The notes beneath the pieces are model-generated. The model ran no database searches and was not told the DNA's origin. It worked only from the letters and a program-made list of their open reading frames with translations. Position numbers and translations under genes: made by a program. From Cyanophora paradoxa CCMP329 (lineage: Eukaryota; Plantae; Glaucophyta): 64,000 nt of DNA. This document shows, piece by piece, positions 11,905-25,300 of the stretch; within the stretch, counting starts at the first letter, position 1; each line of letters opens with the position of its first letter. Location of the stretch: assembly GCA_004431415.1 (NCBI GenBank), contig QPMI01000015.1, positions 434,001 through 498,000 of the forward strand, in the 5' to 3' direction.

Positions 11905-13829
11905 ATGGAGCTGGATCCCGCGCCGGCGTCCTCCATCCCAGCGCCGCGCGGCCCCACGCCCCCGAAGCGGCGCGCATGCGCATCGAGCGCGCAGGAGGAG
12001 AGCGCGCCGTGCGCCAGCGCGGCGCCCGAGGCCACGCCGGTGCGGCGGACGACGCCGCTGCGGAGCCGCCTGCCGGCGCCGCCGGCAAGCGGCGGTGGGG
12101 AGGAGCCGCCACACGCGGAGGCGGTGGCGGGCGGGCGGGCGGCGCAGGTGTACGTCGCCGCCTGGGCCCCGGCACCCGGCGCCCCGCCGACCTTCGCCGT
12201 CCGCGTCGCCGTCCGTGCCCCCCGCCCCGCTGCGCCTTACGCGGCCTCACGGGCGGCGCAGGGGACGGCGTACGTGTGCGGGCGCGCGGGAACGGTGGAG
12301 GAGCGGCCGGCCGCGGAGCTGGCGCGGGGCGGAGCGCTCGAGTGGCGCCCTGTCGGCTCCGCCACCGCCACGCCCGAGGCGGTGCGCGCCCGCGTCCGTC
12401 CGTGCGCTCTCATCCGCCGTGCCAGACGGGGCGGCGCGCAGGTGCGGACCCTTGCGAACGCGTTCCGGGTGGCACCGCGGATGCTGCGCGGGGCGGACGG
12501 CACGCCGCAATCGTTCGCGGTGCGGCTGCTGCAGCACATCGGCCTCGGCGGCCGCCTCGCGCCCCTTCTCCCCCTCCTCGAGCGCTTCCCATCGTCGGCC
12601 CGCTGCCCATGTGCGCCGCCCCGCCCGCGCCCCACTCGACGCGACCCGGCCCTGTTCGCGAGCGCGCCGCAGGGCTTGCGGAGGTGCGCCGAGCGGAGGC
12701 GGACGAGGAGGAGGCGGGGCCCGAGCCGGCGCGGCGCACCGGCAGGCTGGCCGCGCACGTGCCGCCGCCGCCGGTGGCGCCGGCGGCGGTGCGGGCGGCG
12801 CAGGCGCTGGAGCGGCGGGCAGCGGCGGTGCGGGCGCTGGCGGAGGAAATCGGGGGCAGCTGCGGGCGGCGGCCGCCCGCGAGGCTGTGCTGCAGGAGGC
12901 CGCGGGGGAGCCTGGCGCCCCTCCGGCGCGATCTCTTCTGCGAGACCGATTCCGAACGGATCTACAGCGTGCGCCGCCGCCGCCGCCGCCGCCTCCGCCT
13001 CCGCCGCCCCGCGCGCGCCGCCTCCGCGCGCAGCCCGACGCTCAGTGCCTGCCCCGCCGCAGGTCACGCTCGCCCGGGACTTCAGCGCCGGCCGCGCTCG
13101 CCTCGACGAGGTCGGCATGCCCCGCCGCCCCACCCGTCGCTTTTCTGCGCCCCGTCGAGGCCCTCGCGCAGGAGCGGGGCCGTCTGAAGCGCGTGTACGA
13201 CGACCGGGCGCGGGACTTGCCACGGCGGGAGGAACGCGAGGCGATCTTCGATGCGGCCGTCCCCGCCGCCGCCGCCCTCCTGCCGGACCCCGTGCGGAGC
13301 GCGCAGGAGTCCGCGCCCCGCTCGCGGCCCTTCATCAACCGGCTCGTCGACGCGTTCGACTTCTGCTCGGGCCGCGGCGACGCCGACCGCCGCGGCGCCC
13401 GCGCCCGCTCCCCCGCCTCGGCCTCGCCCCGCGAGGCCCCGGCTCCCGCCGCCGGCGCGCGCCCCGGCTCGCGGCCGTCGTCCCGGCCCCCGCCGCCGGC
13501 GCCCGCCCCGGCTCCCGGCCGCCGTCCCCGGCCCCCGCCGCCGGCGCCCGCTCCGGCTCTCGACCGCCTTCCCCGGCCCCCGCCGCCGGCGCGCGCCCGG
13601 GCTCTCGGCCGCCGTCCCCTTACAGGGCGAGTCACCTCTCCGAAGGCAGGCAGACTGTACCCCTCCCACGCTCGCGCTCGCGATCGTCACTCACGAAAGC
13701 GCGCGCGCTCGCGCGCTTGCGCCCGCAGGCAGGGCCGCCCGGCCGGCCTCCCCGGCCGCGGGCCGTGAATCCCGCATCCACTGCGCCTACGCGGGACCGC
13801 CCGGAGCCCCGCCCGCCCGCGCCTTCTAG
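11905..13829 (+). CDS. Hypothetical multi-exon protein with a Pro/Ala-rich repeat tail; apparent frameshifts near 12855 and 12915
   Basis: ATG at 11905 and GT-AG introns linking protein-like segments (QVYVAAW..., VRTLANAFRV...QSFAVRLLQHIGL, RRDLFCETDSERIYS|VTLARDFSAGRARLDE|ERGRLKRVYDDR...FINRLVDAFDFC). The 3' end is uncertain. Confidence 0.55.
13435..13620 (+). repeat. Coding minisatellite, ~42-45-bp units encoding (GARPGSRPPSPAPAA)-like repeats, ~4 copies
   Basis: Repeated CCCCGCCGCCGGCGC..GCCC.GGCTC..GGCCG..GTCCCC units. Confidence 0.8.
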
Positions 13830-15024
13830 CCTAGCTGGATCCGGAGGGCCGGGGCCCGCCCCTTTAATATTATGTTCAAGTGTTGCGGGCAGATTCGTTT
13901 TAGCCTTATAGCCGAAGGCCTAGGGGCCCGCGGCCCCTCTAATCGTGTTGCAGGCAGAATTATCTTTATGCATAAAACTCATTCAAATTCATGCACCCCG
14001 GCGACGCGCTCCCGAGCGTGTAGCTATAGATACATTCGCTCGGTCCACCCCTCTCTAGATCTCCTCTCCTGCGCGGCGTCGTTCCTGGCGCGCTGGCCGC
14101 CCCCCGCGGCCTGCGGCGGGCGGGCCCCCTGGGGGGCCCTGGGGGAGGCCATTATGGAGGCCGAGGGGCTCTGGGGCGCCGGCGCCGGCCCCGCCTTCCG
14201 CCTCTGGCTCCGCGACGCCGCCGCCCTCGGCTACGCCCCGCCCTCGGGGCCCGCCGGCCCCAGCGCGGGCCCTGCAGCCCCGGCCGCCACTCCGCGCACC
14301 TGCGCGCCCCGCTCCTTGCTCCTCCCTTGCTTTCCCCCACTTCCTCGCCCCCCGGGCCCTTTTATACCCGCCCCCCCCCTCCCCCCCCCCTCCCGCGCTC
14401 GCCCACATTCGAATTCGAAAGCTTTAAATTTAAATTTCGAATTTCGAATTGGAATTTCGGGGGGTACTGCGTCACACTTTTCGGTCGAAGTTTCGGTCGA
14501 ATCTCCGGACAGGTTGTCCCAACTGCAGCTGCAGAGCTCGCTGCAGTAGGCAGTGAGCAGCCCTCGACTCGGCGAGCTCGAGCTCGGCGACGCAACCGAC
14601 GCCGCGCAATTGCAGTTCCCGCCGCGCAACAGCCTGGAAGCAGATCGATATCGATCGTCGTAACCGGACACCGCGCAAACGTCGGGCGTGCAGATGCAGG
14701 CCACCGGGAGAGGTGCGCGCTTGAACTAACGCGATCGAACCGCGCGCGGTCGGCGATCTAGATCGAGAGAATTCGAAGCTAGGCGATCTAAACGCGCGCG
14801 TATGCGCAGCCGTTCAACAGTTGACGCCGATCTAAACGCATGGCCATGGGGGTGACGTCGACGTCGACGTGTGGCTTGCAGCTCAGTGGCCGCAGCTGGA
14901 TATATCGATCGCGATCTAGGCCTAGATCTGGATTCAAAAATTACGCGCCGCGGACTCGGGAGCGCATGCGCACCGACTTCATGATCAGTCTAGCGATCGC
15001 GGACTCTGATTTTAATTAATTTCG

Positions 15025-18000
15025 ATGGGCGACAGGTGCGCAAGCTCGGTTGCAACCGGTCTTAAATCGTGCGCCCGGCCCCCTTGCCTCATGATCATGA
15101 TCGTCGCATTGTTGACCTTGCGCCCTTGTTGTTTATCGCTCGTCGCATACTATGATAACCCTCATCGAAATTGATATGGCCACGTATACCGCTGTCAGAA
15201 TCGAATTGGCAAATGGACATGTCCTGTATGGAATTCGAAGACAACGTCGAGGCGTTAATAACAGCCACGTACACCGCCGACGATCGCGATCGCGCCGCCA
15301 ACGATCGCGAGGTACTTCATTAAATGATCAAATATCAAAATTCTTCCCTTAAGCTTTCTGTTGCGCTTTTCGAGGCCATCCCTGACTCAGTCGCTAGGAA
15401 GTTGAAGAGAAGGAGCGCTTTTGTCAGTGCATCGAATGCTCGAAGTACGGCATCCATTAATTATATTTTCAGATTTTCCTTAACATCTTTTCATCGCAGA
15501 CCTGAGCCGCAAAAATGGGCTTGCCAGTACCGATGCGAGTGTCCACGGTGCAAGGAGGCACGCTCGCCTGCGGACGCTGCGAAGGCGCCGGCCAAGTTTT
15601 GCAAAGATTTCATCGCTCACCTGGAGAACATGGAGCCGCCAAATGCAGCAGCTGATGATGATAACTCACAGTTCTGTCTGGCATTGTGGCGGGTTCGTCT
15701 TCTATTTTTAATATAATGCGCGACGTCAACGGTAATGTGCTTCCAATTAAAGCTGACGACCTCACGGCTGCAGAAGGAGCTGGAGGACTGCGTCACCGAG
15801 CTTGGCGATCAGAGCCTGGCGACAATCGCCTACGCCCTCCGGCTCGCCCTTCTATTCTCGCGACTGCAAATGGAACAAGAACTCTGCGAGATCTTCGAGG
15901 TGTGCTTGAACTCAATTCCTTTTCTTCTTCCGATAGCCTCATTAATATAATAATTCTAAATCTCATTTCGAGCTTGCAGCGCTTCCTGGCCCCGCGTCTT
16001 CTAGACGATAGTCGACGGGACGAGCTCCTGGGCGCTTCCTCTCCTGCAGCCCTCGCACTTCGTTCGCTTCATTATGCGCGCGCGTGCAGCTCGGCCAAAA
16101 ACCTCCCTCATGCGGCCAAACAAGCTTTTTTGGTGCGGCCGCCGGGCATTCTTGGTTGTCGGTTGTTGTTTTGTTGGAGTAACGATTATATCGCAGAGCG
16201 GCCTGGATATCATGATGCGGCACATGAAGCTCGCAGAAAACGATTTCTTGGTTTCAACTACGCGATGGTTTATCGCGACCACTTGCGTCCTGCAAAAAGA
16301 GCCAATGACAGCCTTGAAGTATGCTCAGGTAAATGATTTCTATTCTATGCACGAGAAAAAGAGCTCAATTAAAACCGGTTCCGTACCTTTAATTTCTTGT
16401 GACACAAGCGCGCATGCACAGTTGGCTATGAAGGGCGACCGCGATTCTGGAGACGATCGCGGGCGGCGCCTGGCGATGCGCTGCTGTGGATTGCGCTCGG
16501 CAGATATGCTGATGGCTCTCTCGAACCTTTTCTGCGAGTCTCCAACCGAATTGGAGGAGGTGCTCCAGGTGCGCATAATTGATGTTATGACGCCCTGACG
16601 CACATGTAAATGCAAGGATGCGCGTGCAGATGCGCCTGGAGATTGCCGAGCACGCGTGCGAAGCCTGCAGGAAACGCAACATTCTTGGCATCAGTCTAAA
16701 GGAGCTCGGCACTGTCGTATTCAATTGTCACACTAATGAAGGCGCCGGCCCGAATTTGAACCGCGCCGAGCAGTACCTTAAGGTACGACGGTAGCGCTCT
16801 CAATGTACTATAATACAGGACAGGAGCGAGCCCCGCACGTGCGCGCGCAGGGTGCAGTTGCGGAAACGATGCGAAGGACAGGCAAATCCGCGCAGCTCGC
16901 GACTGTCCTGCAAACGCTTGGAGGTTTGTATGCGACGACAGAACGGTTTCGGGAGTCGGCGTCATGTTTCCGCGTGTGTATTTACATATATATGTTTGTG
17001 TTCGAGAATGCGGTTCGATGAATTGCGTCTGAATTGGTGCAGCGCGCTTTTGACTTGCTGGAGGAGATATACGGCTTGGTTCACGAGGAGACAGAAAAGG
17101 CTCTGAGCGACATACACATGCTACTATGTGTTGATCCAAAGAACAACTGGCCTCTGGGCGTCTTCTATGGTGAAGTGCGCGCTTCTATGGTCGATATCGA
17201 CGTCGTTGTCAACATTTAAAGCTGCCGCGCCTCGCGATCGCCGCAGAAATTCGCCGAGTTCATAGAAAAGGCGGGAAGGGCCCCTGATGAAGCCATTACC
17301 TGCCGCCACCCAAGCATTAGAGATTTCGCTAATGCATATGCTGCGGTAACGTTGATGCGTTGACTCTAATTTGAAGTCTTCTGCCGTTGGTTGATGTAGA
17401 TTCGCTTCGATTCCTGCTTCCTCAGGCTGTGACTTCGAAACGGAAATCCTTGCTCCTGAGCAAGCATAAGCGCGTGCGGTGCCCGGATCCGGAAGAGCGG
17501 AAGCGGGCGGAGGAAGAGCGCGAGCGGGCGCGGCTGGAGGCTGAGCGAGTCGAGCGTGCCGAGCGCGATGCTGCGGACCGGGTCTGCCGCTCACTGCGCA
17601 CTGCTTTAAGTTTCTGATTATAAGTAATCCGACAGAAAAGGGCGGAGGAGTTGATTTGCGAGTCGAAATGGGCCTGCGCTCGCCCCCTTCTGGACGCTCT
17701 GCTGAAGGTGCAGCTGCAGTGCCGCAGTGCTGCTAAGATTTTCTCAAGGCGGCGAATACACACATTATAGCTATAGCTGATCCTTATGTTAATGCAGCGC
17801 TCGCCGAACGATGTCGAGGCACGCATGCTCCGCATCCGTATGCCTGATGCCAATCGTAATGTACTTTCCCGATTCCTTATGTTCCGATTTTTTCGAAGGG
17901 TGCAAGGCCGGAGCGGGAGATCTGGAGGCTGCCCTACTGGAGGCTCAGAAATGCGAGAGCTACCATGAGAACGTTAACTCAAGCTCGAACAGCGCAAGCT

Positions 18001-18962
18001 CCGGATCCGATATTCTCTGCAGGTGCACTCCGGCTCGCGATAGATCATTTGACATTGATCACGTTGTACATTCACGCTCGGTTGCCGCACTATTCTAATT
18101 TCGTGGGGTGCCATTCGACCGCGCAGGATCCGGGAGCTGCGGCAGGAGCTGGAAGCGGCACGGGAGGAGCAGATGCCGAGACAGCGGGGAGGCAGGCGAC
18201 GACGGAACGAAGAGCTGCACCGGCAGGGGCTCGAGGAAGCACGGCGCCCGGATCGCGAACGGTCACCTTCTGTCAGCGCCAGTACGGAGAACGCACAGCT
18301 GCAGAGGTCGCAATCGACGTGCGCAGAAGTGCAGGAGGAGCCCTGCAGTCGCAGGTGTGGTCTCGTGTGCCGATCGCGATAGGATATATATTGGAGTAAC
18401 TGCAGGCCACTCCTGCTATTTCAATCACGCCTGTCTGGCAGGTCTGTTCATGATCATAGCGAGCCAGCCGGCACCGCTCCGACCGCGCCGGCCGACGAGG
18501 AGGAGTGCAGCATATGCCTCGATCCAATGGCCGCGGGCCCCCGTCGGACCGTTCTCCACTGTGGCCGTGCGCCGCTCCCTTCACTCTTTTTGTGCCGCGG
18601 CCGTCCTGCAGCTGCAGCGGATCATTGATGATTCCGCAGACCGATTCCACACGCACTGCATCCGCACGTGGCGGGAGATCGAGGCCACGCTGGCGCAACC
18701 GGTGGGGAGCGGGTGCCCGGAGTGCCGCGCCCCCTTCAAACTCTCCAGGGCCGCCGCCGGCCCATCTCCCGGCGCCGCCTCGGGCTCCGTCCCGTCCCAC
18801 TCTCCAGTCTCTTTATCCGCTTCTGCTTCGAATTCTCCTTCCGCTCCAGGCCACAGCACAGGCACCTCGCGGCCCTCCCGGCCTCCCGGAGGCCCCGGGG
18901 CCCGCCCCGCCCGCCCATATGACCCGTTCAATCGGGGTGCTGGCCCCTCCCGCAATTGTTGA
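15025..18962 (+). CDS. Helical-repeat/coiled-coil protein with a C-terminal RING-H2 finger (putative E3 ligase), multi-exon
   Basis: Probable first exon ATGGGCGACAG|GT spliced in frame to PEPQKW at 15500. TPR-like helices (LATVLQTLGGLY, RAEELICESKWACARPLLDALLK) and an ERA-rich coiled coil. Spliced RING EEECSICLDPM...LHCG|HRFHTHCIRTW...CPECR (~18495-18730). Stop at 18962. Confidence 0.8.
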
Positions 18963-19389
18963 AAGCACTTGCAGCGAAGCGTGTTGTTTTACAATTTGAT
19001 CAATCAACCAGCTGCAGTGCTATTCGCAACAACGATATAGGCGATTGACGAGGTATATGCTGGCTTGTGCACGTGCACTGGTATAGCTATAGATAGCGGC
19101 ATAGGCGACAGAAGTTCACAGAACACGAAATATGAGTCGCGTGGAAATATATATCATACTATGCGCACGTTGACGTTGCAATTGGGGCTGCGCAAACGTA
19201 TACAAAGACGCAACAGCTCGCCGAGGCGGCGAATGTACAGCATACGCAAACGCAGGGGCCGGGGCCGGGCGCGGGGGCTCATTGGCCTGGCAGCGTGAAG
19301 GCTGCAGGGAAACGCTGGAGACAAGGAAGTGATTTGGGGAGAGAAGTGAGACATCGCTGCTCTTATTATATTATAGCTAATGCAGCACG

Positions 19390-22300
19390 TTAGAAGTCAC
19401 AATCGAGTTCGTCTTTCATTTTCGTGTTCGACTCGCTTGCGATCGGCGAATCGGTCTTGATCACAGGTGTAGCTGCTGGTGGCAAATCGCGATCTACAGC
19501 CAGATGCGCGCGAGTCGGAGAACATGTACCGCTATTTCTTTCGGGCTCAGTGAGTTGAGAACGAATTATTTCAAGGTCTGAATTTGAAGAATGCTCATGT
19601 TCCAGCTGCTCGTGGCCATTGGGAGTGAGCAACGTCGACGTGTCGCCAGCGACGTCCGAAGTTGGCAATGGCTCTATCCGGACATCAACATCTACGCCAG
19701 AACGAGCATTCATTATCAGTTGCGCACGCAGGCGCACGAAATAAATGCTCGAAACAGATGCATGTGCACCCTCTAAATCTAGTTTTGCTGCAGGCACGCA
19801 TGCGCAGGGGTCGATCCCCTGGCGTTCGTCCGGAGTCGCCTGCGGGCGTGACTGATGCTGGTGCGCACGCGGACGTGAGCCGCGCGGCCGTCGATGGCGT
19901 TCCTCTTTCTGCTCCAAAGCCTCTCCGGCGTGCACTGGTCTCTGAGCCGCCGCTGCTGGAACTGCAGCTGGTTCAAAAGCTGAGACGGTCTCATGACCAT
20001 GACCACGTGCGTCTGACTTCGTCGGCTGATCGGCGGTTGAAGCTGCAATTTGCGTCGGTGTTCTTTGCAGTGGCCGCGGGTCATCTCCAGAAGATCCAGA
20101 AGATCCTTGTAATTGGCCCGTACTGACAGGAGACGCAGACTCCAGCTCGCGACCGAGAACACGCGATCTCGATTCTGAATCCGCGACCACTTCAAAAGGA
20201 AGCGGGGGGACCGAAATCGGTGTCTGGGCATCATTGTCTTGACGTTCCAAGCTCCTTAAACCCGCATCTGTATGTGCTGCAGATTACATAATAATTGGCC
20301 GGCGCCGTTTTCTAGTTGCTTATGCGCACGTGAGCGATGTCCCCGCGAGCGGGGAGGTTTGACCGAAAGTTGTGCTTCTCGCGCTGGCCAGTCTGATGCT
20401 GGCGCTGAAGGATCATTAACGCTAACTGTTTAAGAAAAGTGGTCATGAATGGGCACGCGTACGCGTTCCTCCAGGTTCAGTGCGGTCTCGCGGTGGCCGT
20501 GGCTCGCGATCAGAGCCCGAGGCGGTTGTCATATTTGAAATGACTTGATTGATTAGGCTTGGCACCGGTACCGGTGTTCGGTAGCTCTCTCTGAGATTCA
20601 AAGCAGACCGGCGCCACCCATCGACCTCATCGGATGCCGGCATTATCTCACATTCCGGTATGCCACTCTGTGCCTCATGATCATCGCCTGCTCGTTCACG
20701 TGCTTCGCGAGCTCTGACTTTCTTCTTGTACACGAGAAGAGCTGCAGCCAGAAGCGCCAGTCCAGCAATCGCGACTCCACAAACTGAACCTACGATCGCC
20801 GCAAGACTACTCGAATTTCCGCTCTTTGGGGGGGCAGCCGGCGCCGGATCCTGCGGTGATGTGTTAAGTTTATGCCTCATTGAAGTCTTAGATCATTCAC
20901 GCACTCTTGAGCCGGAGGGAACAACTTCAACTGTTTTCTGGTTGACTACGGGTTCGTCTAAACCATTCAAGGAGTTGCCGGAAATAGAAATCGAAGCGGC
21001 TTTTCCAGATTGAACTGCGGACTTCAGTTTCGTGAACATTTCCGACGCTTTTATATAATCCGAAGTTCCTGTCGCTAGCGACTGTGCGTCGTCAGCCAGA
21101 ATGACCGGAACGACGAGAATTGCTGGAGAAGGTTGCATAACGGTGCGCCGCTGTTTTTGTGGCTGCTGCTGCTCGCACATAGCGATGCCGAGGGTGGCTT
21201 GATCATCGCGAACAAGCTGATATGTCGATGAGCGGATCAAAGCCAAGATGCGGTCTCGCATCTAATCATGAGCAAAGTAAGAGAAGATCGATATCGCAAA
21301 AACTAAAGAGCATCTCCAGATCAATCGCAAAACCTTTCTTACCGAGACGTAGTCTAGATTAGCGGCTTCTGCTTCGCAAATTTCCAAAGAACTCAGTCCG
21401 AATCGCAACGCAGATGTGAAGGTGGTTATTGTCACGGTCGATTGAGGTCCTGGTGCGACTGTCTGGGGTTTCAGATCCGGGCTGGGGCTGATTAAAGCTG
21501 CAGCTGTTGGTATTGTCTGAAGGAAAGCAGAAGGGCTGGGACTCATTGTCGGAGCCGGGGTTAGCTGAAGAATAGCCGACGGACTGGGATCCGGACTCGG
21601 TGTCGGCCTTGGCTGCGAGAAAGCCGGTTGGCTGCCCGTGGGATCCGGACTTGGTGTCGGCGCCGGCATTGGCTGCACGATTGCCGCCGGGCTGGCCATG
21701 GGACTTGTTGTCGGTTTGAACGTTGCAATTGGATGAATGGAAGACGAAGGGCTAGCGCTGGGAAGGGCGGGGGAAAGCGCTGTTGGCGTTGGCTGGAGGA
21801 ACGCTGCACACAGAAAGGACGGAATCGAAATCTCCGCTGATCCCCTCGCGGGTGTAGAAAGGCTCACGTTGCAGAACCATTTCTCTCTGCATCCAGACCA
21901 TACGATTCCAATCGCATTCGCACTGTAATTGCGGTAACGGACAGGGCGATCGCATACTGATGCAAGCATTCCAGAAGCATCAAGACCATCGCCAAGAATT
22001 ACGAGCTCAGACTCGAAATCGGACGTCGTTTCGACAGACACCTCAAAGATTGTTACGTCTGTTTATTCATCCGAAGTTTATTGGAAGCGAGGGCGCCGGC
22101 CTACATAAAAAACGCACCGGAAAGGGCTTTAATTTCTGGTCCCTCCAGAGTTGACGCCGAACCCGGGCCCGCTTGCCAAACGGCCGCATGAGAAGAATTC
22201 CAATGCGCTGGCCACTGGTTTCTTCCGTTGAAAACCGCAACCTCTAGAGAGCCAGTAAATCCGCGCAGTGCTGGTGACTGAAATACAACTCGAGACGGAT

Positions 22301-25300
22301 TGCTGGAATTCAGAGCGGGCATCCCGAATTTGATCGAGCGATCTGATGTTTCCAAGAGGACAGAAGGAACTCCAAACGTGGCCGCAAACAAATTCACTCC
22401 ATACACGGTCACGAGTTGACCGCCGGTCTGAAGCATTTCGCTCGGTTTAATGCTCGAAATTGTGCCTGTCCATGTTCACTCATGCAAGATTGAAATTTAC
22501 AGTTATCAGGAGGTTTTTACAGTTACCTCGGAAAGTGATGGTTAGCCACGTTTCCGTTCCGCAACTAGTGCCGAATGCTCCGACGACTACAAATATTTCT
22601 TGTCCAGCTCTCAAAGGCACCGCTGCAAGCGACCACAGTTCACCCTTCAACGCATCCACGTTGGATTCGATTACTGAGCAATCGGCTGATCGGATCTCAA
22701 TGACGGTGTCAAAACTCGACATGCGCGTGTCGAACGAGTAGGTCCCTGTTAGCGGAAAATATATTAATATTGGAAAGCAAAGCGGATCAAAGCAGAACTT
22801 ATGTTGAGTAAACGCACCATTCTGAGTTGCCGTGAATACCCAACGACCTGCGTAGAAGGAGCTAGCGCCCGCAATGCGAATTCCACTCCTTCGGCTCAAA
22901 GTCTTATTGCACATTGAACCCAACGCATTTAGTCCGAGAATGACACGAGCGCTTTCCGTCCACTTTGGTAGGCATGGTAGCGAGCCCCAGACCCGCACAG
23001 CATCGCGTGCAATAGTAGAGACACGACTATCCGCAACCGCTTGCACGCGCACCGAGTAGATTCCCTCTACCAGCCTTTGCGTAGAGTTTCCTGAAGAAAG
23101 AAGGAAAGAAACCGAGTTCGCAAACACAGAGCTTGCGACCAAAAGCCTTGTCTGCCAGGTATTCGACACGCTTGAGACAACGCCCAGCTCAACGCGGAAC
23201 TCTTCAAACCCGGCTTCTGCTGTCTGGGTGGAAATCAAACTAATGCAAGCAAGAGCTTGAAAGAAAGCTAAAAGTACCCAGGACACTGTTTGCAGCTCCG
23301 AAAGAACCCAGTCAAGCATCTCGGAGCTTGTACGTGGAGGCTTAGGTTCGAGTATGACGATTTGCGGTACTGCACGTATGAAGATCGGGTCTGATATCGA
23401 TCTGATGTGTCTGCAATCGTCGACTTCGACAGATATGTAATACAAATCCGCAGCAAATGCTCGTGGCACCTATTCGCGCCGGTTCGGTTTATATTGCGGG
23501 TTCTGGTTCTTTATTCAAGTAATCAAACGGACCTCCCAGACATACGAATATGACGAGGAGTATGGCGAAAGGTACGCAATTGTAGCGATAGATAAAGCGA
23601 CGGTCTGGTTTTCGAAGAGAACTTGTATACTCAGTGGTGCAACCGTGCCGACACACTGGAACTGGATAGCGCATTCGAAATTGTTGTAACAAACAAGAGG
23701 CGCTGTCACGGATGTAATAGCTGGTTGCAAGGCTGACGTTCGGAAAAAGCCCGTGCTCAGGAACTGTTCATAAAGCTTCAAAATATAGCAGCTATCAAAC
23801 CGGCTTACCGCACGGTGGGATCTGTCCACCGCAAAATTCGGATTGGAAAGAAACGCGAACTTCAGAGTTGCCACCGGAAGCAAAAGCGCTGATTTTCATC
23901 GGTTGGCACTCGTTGCATGCTGATGCATCAACAAGCTCTGTGGAGCCTGCCGGAACACCAACCTGTACTACCCCTCGCCCATAGCTCGCTGACGTTATCA
24001 ATCGATTTTTCCTGATTCAATCGACGTCAGCAAGCGATATGCGAAACAAGAAGGCGAATGAATGCGGAATCACCCTAATTTGAACGTGACACCGCTCGTC
24101 CCTACACTTCTGACTGCAAACTGAGCCAAGCAGCCTGTCACATAATCCAAACGAATCAGAGATCGAAACGCTATCGGCAAGAGAGATATCTAGACGTACG
24201 CACCAGGGGGGATTACGATGCCCTCGAGATAGGTGATGAAGCCAGCCTTGTTCTGGTAGACAAGCGTATCAGGGCATCGTGGAGGGCCTTGAGGCTCTCC
24301 CACGCATCTATCCTTCCCTACAGAATGCGAGTGAGCCTTTCTGCGTGGCGCCATTCTCGAGGATAAATACCGAAAGTCATGAAGTAGGTGCTGACGATGA
24401 TCGCTGACGATGCGATGGCAGTGCGTGAGGTTTCAAACTGCACCCTTGCACATCGGCCCGGTGAATTGGGGTCGTCTTCTGGATACTGCGTCTCGGGGAG
24501 TGGAAGTGCTGAAGTCCCCGAAGAAGGACCGCGCAGAACACGAGACGATGTAGTGATCGCGCCAGGTCCGTCGTAGACCGTCATCCAGTCTTTGCCAGTT
24601 TCCAGCTGAAAATATGGCCAACCAAGAAGAATTATCTGGTTGATACCACCTGCAACGATGCACATGAGGTCCCGTGGATATATTCATAAAGTGCTGCGGT
24701 ATTTAAAAAGCTTTGTACCACACAAAATCCAACAAACGCGTCGACGACTTGGACTCGGAATGTAGTGAAACAGGCCTGACGAGTTCTGGCTGAATGAACA
24801 AGCTAGATCGTACGAAATTGGAGCGGGAGCTGAGGATTCAGAGCGTATGAGATCCAAAATGCATATGTAAGCAAAGGAATCAGGATTAATATCGGTTTGC
24901 CTGGAATTACAGGAGCGGTGAGGGGAACTCGTGCTCGAAATCCTTGCAACTCATGGCTCTCATCGGACACAAATTTAAGCAGCAAACAGCGCTGGGAGCT
25001 CCTGATGAGTAGATTTGGGTAAAAGCCAGAGTAGATTCCTATCACAGGTGAGGTCTCCGTATCCCCTTCGCAATCTTCAGCGTAATGTCAATCTGCCGAC
25101 TGAAGACTAATGACTTACCGTCGTATGCGACGAGAGCATCATATCCATACTCCGTGGAAAACAAAACCAGCGTAGCGGTTATATTTTGCGCTGATGTTTG
25201 GCCGCAAAGCCTCCAACAGACTCGCTGATTTGGCGCATATAGTTGAAGCTGGTTATTACTGGAAAGGCTGGCAGCATTTGAGAGAACACTTGTCTGCTCG

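Noticed and set aside
24655-24700. Apparent in-frame TGA before YPRDLMC in the second CUB domain (readthrough or selenocysteine?)
   Set aside because: It lies inside a normal GT-AG intron that joins RVCWILC to GGINQII in frame.
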